Shown piece by piece: positions 54,141 to 64,000 of a stretch of 64,000 nucleotides of DNA (its first letter is position 1; each line of letters starts with the position of its first letter). The translations under genes were made by a program, and so were the position numbers. The notes below the pieces were generated by a model. It did no database searches, was not told the DNA's origin, and saw nothing but the letters and a program-made list of their open reading frames with translations. The stretch is from Geosiphon pyriformis uo1 (taxonomy: Eukaryota; Fungi; Glomeromycota): contig JAAOMT010000436.1 of the NCBI GenBank assembly GCA_016748015.1, positions 940,033 to 1,004,032 on the forward strand. The letters run 5' to 3'.

Positions 54141-55905
54141 AATGTTACAGGTAATTATTTGGGGTCTTAAATCAAATAACAAATCTGTAACTTGGTGCCC
54201 AGAAGCTATTCGTGATGATAGTAATCTGAAGGTTTTGTTGTGGAGTCCTTTGTATAATGAACAAAGATTCAATGATAATATTGCTGCTGTTAGTAAGTTG
54301 TTTTTCCAATTTTTTTCTCAGCTTAGTGGCCAGATTTATTCTGGCAGTTATGTCCTTCTGATAAACTATCTATTAATATATATATAATTCTATCCTTATT
54401 TTTGGGTCTTTTATTAGACTATCCATGACATCAATAAATTCAGCACTTAATTTTCAATTAATTAGTAAAACAAAAGAATAATAAAGAAAATAAAAGAAAT
54501 AAAAAGAAATAAGAAAATGAGCCAAAGTGGTTACAAATTAATATTCTGTCAATAGTCATGATCAAGAGCTATTGTTCCAGTGTGATTAAGTATCAATTAC
54601 TATTAACACTTCATGTTGATAATGAAAAGTGGATTGAGATAGTAAATAATTATTTATTGATGTTTTTAAATGGAAAGGTTGCTTAAATCAAATCTAAACT
54701 AAGAGGTCTCTAACTAAAGGATTCTAACAATTATGACTTGTGAGTCTAATTAACTCTGAAAGTTCTACTGATTCTAAGTCTTTCTTTTTAGCTTTTGATA
54801 CTACTGCTATATATACATAAATTTTATTGTATGAAATTTCTTAAATTTCTCAATTTTTTAGCCAGGAATTCTGGAATTCTTGGAATTCTGCAATTCCTTT
54901 GAGAAAAATTCTGGAATTCTGGAATCCTGCAATTCCTCATATGAGAATTCTGAAATTTCTGGAATTCTGCAATTCCTCTGAGAGGAATCCTGGAATTTTA
55001 CTTTTACTATGTTTATTCTGATTGGCTAATTTATGTACTAATATTTAATTCCTATATTTTATGAGTAACAGCGGTTACAAGTCAGTATTCCATCAATAGC
55101 CATGATCAAGAGCTATTGTTCTAGTGTGGTTAAGTATCAATTACTATCAACATAAAGTGTTGATAGTGGAGAGTAAATTGAGATAGTGAATAATTATTTA
55201 TTGATGTTTTTAAATAGAAAGGTTGCTTAGATCAAATCTAAACTGAGAGATCTAACTAAAGAATTCTAACAATTATAACTTGCAAGTCTAATTAATTCTG
55301 AGAGTCCTACTGACTCTGAGTCTTTTTTTCTAGCTTCTAATACTACTGCTATATATACATAAATTTTATTGTATAAGATTTCTTAAATTCCTCAATTTTT
55401 TAGCCAGAAATCCTGGAATTCTTGGAATTCTGCAATTTCTTTAAGAGGAATTCTGGAATTCTGGAATCCTGTAATTCTTCATATGAGAATTCTGAAATTT
55501 CTGGAATCTTGCAATTTCTCTAAGAGGAATTCTGAAATTTCACTTTTACTACATTTATTCTGATTGGTTAATTTATGTACTAATATTTAATTTCTATATT
55601 CTATGAGTAATACTGTGTTGAAATCTAATTATTTTCTATTTAAATTGTATCATAAACAAAAACACTAATCATAAAAAAAGTAAATCTTCTTCTATTAACT
55701 TTTACTCTGTCCATTTTTGCTATAAAATTTGTGTTTATTTTATAATTATATAAATATTTATGTTTTTTTACCTTATACAACAAAAAATTATAAAAAATTT
55801 TCCAAAAAAATAGTAAGAATATTTCATCTTAATTAAGTCTATTCTGTATCTTATAACTATTCAAAAAGCCAAAATCAGTCATTATTTTGTTAATTCTATT
55901 CATAT

Positions 55906-56865
55906 TGTTACCAGAGGTTTTTGGTCTTTTTTCTTGAATGTTATTAATGTCTGTTTGTTGTAAATTTACGTTTTTAGAAGTAGTTGAACCTCCAATAACT
56001 GAATTTATCTTCTATAATTTGAACTGCTGGGCTTATAAATGGAATGGCCAATTCTGTATTAGTTATTTTATGTAGTTATATTGTAGTAAATATCAACTCT
56101 TTCCCAGGAATTGCTCATCTGGAAGCTCACTAAAATGTGTAGTTACTTTGCTGTGAAAGTCAACTTTTTTACAGAAATCTTGTCTGTAGACTATCCTAAT
56201 GATTATGATAAGAAAAGAATAGAAAAATAAAAGAAATGTAAAAGAAATAGAATTCTGTCAAGAGAAACGTTTTTTATCCAGACTTGGAGTCACTAACAGT
56301 TTACTGAAATTGGTAGTTAATCAATTTCGAAATGTTGGTTGTGTTTTTAAGAGAATTTTAAGTGTAATAATTTAAGAATTTGGTTCCTGAATATTTAATT
56401 TTTATTTTTTTGTGTAAAAAATGATTTGTTTTAATTAAGATATCTAAAGTAAAATACTATGTTAAGATACTATAAGAAGATACATTTTTTTGAAAAGAGA
56501 AGCTTTTTTTTATACAACTTGTTGTAGTACTAGTTTTTGAACTTGCATTTTTCTCTTTGCTACAATTTTGGTGAACTAAAGATACATTTCAGCGAATTAC
56601 AAGTTATTTCACTAAACTATTGATTATTTCGGCCAATTTTCATTAATTTCGGCCAATTTTGACTATATTAAATGGTTCAGGGTATTGTGTAATTTGATCA
56701 TCTTCATTTCTATGATACAAATCGAATTATTGATTGAGTAATAATATTTGATAATTTGATTAAATAATAAGTGGTAATTAAAATAATAATAATATATGTT
56801 AATTAATAATAGGAATTATGAAAATAATTTCATGTTAATTAATAGCTAAAATTCTACTGGTAACA
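55906..56865 (-). mobile_element. Solo LTR (family 2), 960 bp, 9-bp terminal inverted repeat, 4-bp TSD ATAT
   Basis: TGTTACCAG...CTGGTAACA. ATAT at 55902-55905 and 56866-56869. Removing it plus one ATAT restores the LINE frame NIH-M-NRINK (copy C: GIH-N-DQVNR). Second copy at 63250. Strand inferred from a TATAAA. Confidence 0.82.
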
Positions 56866-59800
56866 ATATGTATATTCCAAAAAAACCTAATAAATTTATT
56901 ATATATTTTAACATATTGTAAACTAGTTTCTTAATAATATTGTTTAATTATATAATATGTTTTGTACATATTTTATAGGATTAATTAAAGCTCTTAGTTT
57001 TTTTTAAAGCATCTTCTATTATTAAATCAATAGCAAATACCAGAAATTAAGTTAATATATTCTTTAAAACCAAGAAGTTGTTATTTTAAAAAACATTAAA
57101 CTTATTATAAGCAAATAAAATATAATCTAACAGAATTTTAGATAAAATTTTTCTAGTTGTTTTAATTAGTACAATAGACTATGTATTTGTTAAAACACTA
57201 TTCTAATTGTAAAACTTAAAAATTATTAAAACCCATGCTTTTTTTCAAAAAATTAAAACATTATTAAAAGTTAAACAAGAATTTAATGAATTTAAAAAAC
57301 ATTCTATTATCACACTACTATAATGTTTTCAAAGTTTATTTAATATGTTAAATAAGCTAACAGCTTTGCTATTAAACAGACTATTAATCACTAAAACCAA
57401 TTTTTTCATACTGATTTTTTTTATTATATTGAAAAAAAAATTTTCTTTTATATAGTTTAGTAATGTATATTAATAAAACCACAAATTAGATAATATTAAA
57501 GACATATTTTATTTTTTTATTCAACTTACTATGATTTTATTAATTCTAAGCTTTATTTTATTTAGCTTTAAAACTAATTTTTTTCTAATTACTAAATAAT
57601 CTAAAATTATTTTATAAAAAAATTATTTTAAAACACTTCTATTATACTCTCTTTATTAGAATTAAAATTTTTTATGTGTTAGTCAATTATCTTTTTAAAT
57701 AACATATTTTTGACTGCTTTTGATTTATAATACTTGGACTTTTTATACTTTTTTTTAATTATTAACAAATGTTTAATAATATTTATTAAGTTTGCATCAT
57801 TCTAAATCATATTACTAACTTTAAAAGTCTTATTATTATTAATGATTGACTATTTTATAATAAAACTATTAAATTTAAATTTATTACTTAAACTTATTTT
57901 TTTATAATCTTGACAATTAACAATTTTAACTTGAAAAACTTAGACAATTGCTTATTTTTTAAACACTCAAATTTATTATATTAATGTTTAAAAAAAATTT
58001 TATCTGCTGAATCTATTATTATTTTTTCAAAATTTTTTATATTTTATTTATATTACCAAAATTTTTTGTATCTACAAATTTATTTATTGTTATTAAAAGC
58101 TTAACAGAAAAATATTTTTAGAAGTGTGCTTATTTGACATTATTTGTATTTTTAATTCTAGACTTTTAATAATTCTTATTTGCTTATTTATAAACATTAT
58201 TTAGATAAATATTCATAAGACTACTTAATATAATTAAGACTATAACTAATTTGTATTTAGTATTAAAAAATTCAAATGTAGAATTGACTTTATAATTTAC
58301 AATTGCAAATAACAAGTTTTTATTCACAAAAATGTAATTAATAATTTTTTGACTTTTTTTAAATTGTTTTAAGTAAAAATCTTGATCAAAAAATGTCTAC
58401 TAAATAAATTAACCAAATCTAAGTTTAAATAAAACTTGAACTTGCACTTTTTTTAAATCTATTCTTATTAAAATTTTTACTTAAAATCACATAAGAGCTA
58501 AAATTAACTATTTTAGCAATGAAAAAGTTGATTTTTAATGTTTAATTAAATCTAGTCTTAATAAAAACATTAATATACAAATTTAAAACCATGATTAAAA
58601 GTTTATTTTTAAACAAAAAATAAATTAAAATAAGTTAATTTAAAAAATTTTTATTTTTAAAACTTATTAAACCAGAGAATTGTTTATAATAATGATTGCA
58701 CTAATACCAAAAAAATTTTTATCCAAACAAAAAATAAAAATGTAAATTTTATCAAACTTATTAATAATTTATGATCTAATATTAGTCTTTAACTTTGTTT
58801 TTATAATAATTGAAACTATGTTGTTAAACTTTACATATTAATAAACAATGTCTTTCTGCTTAGTTAAATTATTCATGTCTTTAATATTACACATAACTAT
58901 TTTTTAAACAAAATTAATTATTGAAATAATAAAAACTTAAAATAGTACACAACTAATTTAATCTTATCAAAACAGAAACAACAAATACTTTAAAAACAAT
59001 TATTTTTGATTTTAAATTACTTATCTTGATGATTAAAATCTTAGAACTGCTTATACTCAAACCTAAATTCTTATTTATTATTATTGAAAAGAAAAAAAAT
59101 AACACCTGTAAGTTGTCTAAAATCATATCTAAATCCAAATTTGAATTCAAAATTACCAAATTAATCAAAATAAAAAATAAAAAAATAAGAACCAGAAATA
59201 CTAATTTTAATCTGTTTAATTTATGTATAATATCAAATACTTAATTAGCCAGCAATTCCAAAAACTATTCCAAAAAATTAATTGAATATTAGCAGAAAAT
59301 ATTTTCTAAAAGATAGAAAGAATTTTATTAAACTACAAAGCACTAAAGTAAAAAAGACCAAAGAAAAAAACAAAGTAAAGATTAATAGAAACAACAATCA
59401 AAAAAACTATCTGTGTTCAAAATTTGCCACCAAAAACAACAAATCAGAAAATAAAAACATTTTTTTTAACATAAAGATAAACTAATTAAAAACAATACTT
59501 ATTTAAAACAAACTTCTTATAAATTTTTTTTAAAATAAGAGCAAAAAAGTTTTTAAAGTTATACTTAAGAAAAAAGTATTTAAAACACTCATATTTTTTA
59601 TATTAGATCAAATTTAATTTAATTCATAAAAGTTTTATTTCACCAAAAATTAGCTTTATGTAAAAGACAAATTTCAGATTTTTTTTTAATCTAAAATTAA
59701 TTACAGTATAATAAACTTTATTATCAGTTTCAAATAACCAATTAATTATACATGTTATTTTATTAGTCTTTTCTAACAAAACACTTAGATCATAAGTAAT

Positions 59801-61604
59801 TATTCTTATAAACAAAGTAAATAAAAGTGTCTTAAACCAATTTTTTAATATTTTAATATTATAATCTTCTATAACTTTGGCTATATGTACTGAATTTTTT
59901 CTAATTAAAAATAACTATTTTGATGCTAACTAATTGGTTTGACTTAATTTGGCAAATTTTACTACAGTTTTCTGTTATCATTTAATGAATTGTAATTATA
60001 TTAATATTACTTAACAAACTTAAAAAAGCTGTAATAATTATTTTTTTTAATATATTTATAGAAAATTTTTTTAATTATTACAGTCTAATCTGAACAAAAT
60101 TTTTGTTTTTTAAGATTGCTGTTTATTTTAAGATCTTTTTTTTTAGCCAATAATACAGCTTTTTTTATGTTTTTCTTTAATATAAACATAGATTTAATAA
60201 TTTTTTCAAATTTTAAGAAAGTAATGGCTTTTCTAAAACCATTCATCTTTGAAAAAAATTTCCAAAAACTTGTACTTTTGTTTTTGCTATTTTTTTTTAA
60301 TTGTTGATAAATCAATATTCAAAATAAAAGATTTTTTAATAGAAATTTCTACTTGAATTTTCATAATCTTAAAATCAATTTATTTTTTGTTTAAAAAAAT
60401 ATTAAAAAAAAATAGAAAAAGTCCAACATTTTTTTCTATTTTAAAATTAAAAAAACCAAAAAAAAGTTATAATCTATACTAATATTTATTTTTTTGGTTT
60501 TAGAAAATAACAACAGTTGAATTTAAAAGAAACTTATTATTAATATAAGCCAAAATATTACTGTTTTTATTATTATTAAACTTATTGTTTATATCTAAAT
60601 ACATACTACTATTAGAATTAAACTTAACTAAGAAAACATTTTTATTATTATTAAAATATTTAATATTATTGAAAATAATTCTTTTTTTTTGGAAAAAAAA
60701 CCATTAACAGAATTAAAAAAAACTTTTTTGAGTGTTTTTTTTTATATATGCTACTACTTAAAACAACTTCTAAGTTTATAATAAAAAGGTTATTTGCTTG
60801 AAAAATATATTTATTAATTTAAAAACTAATAAGTAATGACTTTAATTAAAAAATTTTTTTAAAAAAAATTTATATTAATATAATTAAATCTTTAATTAAA
60901 TATATTATTATTGTTAAATTCTGTTGTTTTAATTATTATTATTTTTAAAAACTTGTAAAAACAAAGAAAAATTGTTGTAATCTCTTAAGTATTCAGTTAA
61001 TTTACAGTAGTAATATATAAATAAATTATAATTTTATTGTTTTTAATTATAAATTAGTTGTTAAAACTAATTAAAATAAAATTTAAATCTAAATTTTTAA
61101 AATTACTAAATTTTTTTACTGTTTAAGTCAATAATTTTAGTAATTAAACAAGATTAAAAATGAATTTATTAATTAATTGTTTATTTAAATCTTGAATTTA
61201 AATATTAAAAAAAGTAATAATATTTAAAATACAAAATTAAAATCAAAAACAAAAATTAAAAGTATTTTTTAAATATATTTTTTTATTATTTTTTATTTTT
61301 TAAATAAGTTTAATAATTATATTTATTATGAAATTATTTTTTAAAACCAAAAAAAATTAAAAATCATAAAATAAATCAGTTTTTAATTTTTTTTAAAGTC
61401 TACTTATTTAATTAAATTTTTATAATTTTAACATATTTAATTATAATTTTACCAAGATTTTAAAATTTTTTTTTAATTTTATTTGTTATTTAAAGATCAA
61501 AATTAAGTTTTTAAACTTTGTTTAAATTAAATAGTAAAAAATATATATTTTTTTAATGTTTTTAAAAATGCATATTGTTATTTTTTAAAAAGCATTATTA
61601 TTAA

Positions 61605-63249
61605 TTTTTTTTTTTTTTTTTTACATGTTTATTGAGTGAAGTCCAATGAAATACATCAAATAATTGATCTAAATTAGGTACGAATCATGCATTTTCCACA
61701 TGTGACCAGCCATTCAGGCCAATCAAGACAATATTAAGCACTTATACTAACAGAAATTACATCAAAAGCATCAGAAATAAACAAACTGAACCTACGAAAA
61801 CCAAAACTAACACCTAAGACTACATCAATACCCAACAATCTGATAACCCCAGCAGAGTAAACAAAGGATAGGCCAGATTTAGAATTAGGCAAAGAACTGT
61901 CACAAGGGATCAAATTATGCTTTTCTATAAAGGCACAATACTTAGCATGGACTGACCAAATCTCATCCCTAAAAGCGAGACACAGAGTATGTACAAAGTT
62001 TACAATCTTCACACCAGCACTCTTAGAATTACCAAACACAGAGACTGCTTTATGAAACCACTCCTTAAAAACAAATCCTTTGCACAAGGCAATACAGAAT
62101 GAAATGTTCAAAACACAAAAAGACAAAAATTGTAACACACTAAAAATGGAATGATGAAGGCCAGAAATATTCTCCCAAATCATTGCGTAGTTCTTCAGAA
62201 GACGAACACGAGTAGCAGCATCAACATCACAAGAAAAAACATGGTCAGAAATCTCTACACAGCCACAAAATAAGCAGATTACACTTGGGTAATCTTTATC
62301 ATAAAGGCATTTGCAAACAGCAACAGACAGCCTGTAATGTAAAGCTTTTATGAAATATGTGTGAATGCCAGCAGTGCATTTACTAGTAAGACCAGCAGCC
62401 ATATGTGAATCAGGATGCCAAACAGAGACAGATCTCTGCCAATCAATGTTTGCCAACAAATCTTGAGTCACAACATAGGTGTCTGAACCATACTCCCAAC
62501 GTAGACAATGAATAGAACAAAAAATATCATAAACAAAATGTCTAGAATTACCTGAAACAATATCACTACCAGCCAAGATGAATCTTTCATTCAACTGGGG
62601 GGGAAGAATCAAATTAGAGAAAACAGCATAGCCAGCCAGCTTATCAGCACAGTTGTTGCCAAAATTACCAGAATGGCCCTTAACCTTATGCCAGGTGATT
62701 TTCAACCTCTTTGAGCATACAAAATTTGCAATATAATGGCATTCCACCCAGCAGCGATTATGGAAATCTGGACAAGACACACTTAATTCAGATTTGCAAG
62801 CATCCAATACTGCCTAACTGTCCAAGAACAAACTAATACTACTAGACACTAGAACACACTCAAGGGCAAGTGCTATTGCCTGCAATTTTGCTAGTGTAGA
62901 TAACATCAAACCTGAAACCTTAACTTCCATACCCATGTTAATGTCATCAAAGAAAACCACTGCACCAGACTTTATGTTAACAGATCCCAAGCCAGACAAA
63001 GAACTGTTTGTGTACACTGAGATGCAGCCAGCACCCAGACCAGATAAGTGATCATGAACCAAACCAAACTCAACAGAATTCAAAACACTAGAGGTATTAG
63101 CATCACCCAATAATAGATTTTGCACAGAAGAAGCTACCGTATTACCCAGAAATTTAATAGACAAGACAAACTACTCAGGAATGGGGCCACATGGATCCAG
63201 CCTTTTCCAATGCTTAAAGGTCACTCACTCAAAAACACCACCCTTATGG
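61605..63249 (-). mobile_element. LINE copy E: 3' part (RNase H, Zn finger, 3' UTR, poly(A) tail), interrupted by an LTR at 63250
   Basis: ORFs 61734-62807 and 62814-63164 (WHKVKGHSG, CLFCGCVEISDHVFSC). T-run at ~61605-61622 corresponds to the poly(A) tail. Confidence 0.92.
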
Positions 63250-64000
63250 TGTTACCAGAGGTTTTTGGTCTCTTTTCTTAAATGTTGGTAATGTTGATTT
63301 GCTGTGAATTCACGTTTTCAGGAAGTAGTTGAACCTCCAATAACTGAATTTATCTTCAAATTATCTCCTATAATTTGAACTGCTGGGCTTATAAGTGGAA
63401 TGGCCAATTCCTTGCCAGTTACTTTATGTAGTTATGTTGTAGTAAACATCAACTCTTTCCCAGGAATTGTTCGTCTGGAAGCTCACTAAAAATGTGTAGT
63501 TACTTTGCTGTAAAAGTCAACTCTTCTATAGGAATTTTGTCTGTAGGCTACCCTAATAATTATAATAAGAAAAATAAAAGAAAATAAAAGAAATGTAAAA
63601 GAAATAGAATTTTGTTAAGAGAAACGTTTTCTATCCAGGCCTGGAGTCACTAACAGTTTACTGAAATTGGTAGCTAATCAATTTTGAAATGTTAGTTGGG
63701 TTTTGGGGATTTTCCAAGTACAATAATTAAAGAATTTGGTTTTTCGAATTATTTGATATTTATTTCTTTTTGTGTGTATAGGAATGGTTTTAAGAGATAA
63801 ATCTAAAGTAAGATACATTTTCCAAAAGAGAAAAGCTCTTCTTTTATACAACTTGTTGTAGTACTAGTTTATGAACTTGCACTTTTTCTCTTTGCCCAAA
63901 TTCTGGCAAACTAAAGATACATTTTGATGAACTACAAGTTATTTTGCTGAACTATTGATTAATTTGGGTGAACTATTCATAATTTCGGCAAATTTCTGTA
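63250..64000 (-). mobile_element. LTR (family 2), second copy, runs off the right edge
   Basis: Starts TGTTACCAGAGGTTTTTGG and is colinear with 55906-56660. Confidence 0.85.

Larger units (their letters stand above)
51098..55612 (-). mobile_element. Non-autonomous/deleted LTR retrotransposon (family 1) with aberrant ends and 4-bp TSD CTGT
   Basis: 5' LTR 55070->54143 (TGTTAC...CTGTAACA); PBS TGGTGCTCCCTGTGAG 54140->54125; purine tract 51583->51569; truncated 3' LTR 51568->51221; extra tandem U3 copy 55612->55071; inverted U3 51098-51220. CTGT at 51094-51097 and 55613-55616. No recognisable pol ORF. Confidence 0.82.
47860..60850 (-). mobile_element. LINE copy D, near full length but extremely AT-eroded, split by three LTR-element insertions
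   Basis: Ghost translations match copy C in order: HPDFYMFFRF (~48640), LQAIALVLKC (~49900), QHILNLV (~51090), MTDFGF (~55875), FSKMNGF (~60240). Subtracting the inserts (791+4515+960 bp) leaves ~6.7 kb, the length of copy C. Confidence 0.8.

Noticed and set aside
51098-55612. Interpretation as a Ginger DNA transposon, DIRS or Penelope element
   Set aside because: The PBS, PPT and a matching solo LTR with TSD (48736-49526) identify an LTR element. No transposase, tyrosine recombinase, GIY-YIG or hammerhead core (CTGATGA...GAAA) was seen.
53560-55612. CRISPR-like array
   Set aside because: Eukaryotic context; the repeats are contiguous and degenerate with no unique spacers.
58953-60315. K/N/I/F-rich short ORFs as genes or mitochondrial insertions
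   Set aside because: They are hypermutated LINE ORF1 remnants (e.g. FSKMNGF ~ FSKINGF).

Overview
Eukaryotic, intron-rich, AT-rich fungal DNA, most likely Glomeromycotina/Mucoromycota. The repeat-derived peptides resemble those I recall from Geosiphon pyriformis; this is inference, not verified. The window has two compartments. (1) A gene island at ~4.9-36.4 kb with no recognisable transposon and 10 genes: an FHA+forkhead transcription factor, a GT31 glycosyltransferase, an Asn/Gly-rich GPI protein, a secreted pepsin-fold protein lacking one catalytic Asp, an Snt1/NCoR-like SANT protein, ARG2, TFB1, MRPS9, a WDR44-like protein, and an SRR1/BER1-like gene that the ORF track misses and that contains an AT-AC (U12) intron. 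(2) Transposon blocks at 1-3.6 kb and 36.8-64 kb, built from five copies of one ~6.7-kb LINE family (gag-like ORF1; APE-RT-RNaseH-Zn ORF2) at very different stages of C>T/G>A decay. LTR-element pieces are nested in them, three with perfect 4-bp target-site duplications (TSDs). One LTR element was apparently integrated with two inverted U3 ends. All exon boundaries were derived by hand from splice signals plus frame and motif continuity.
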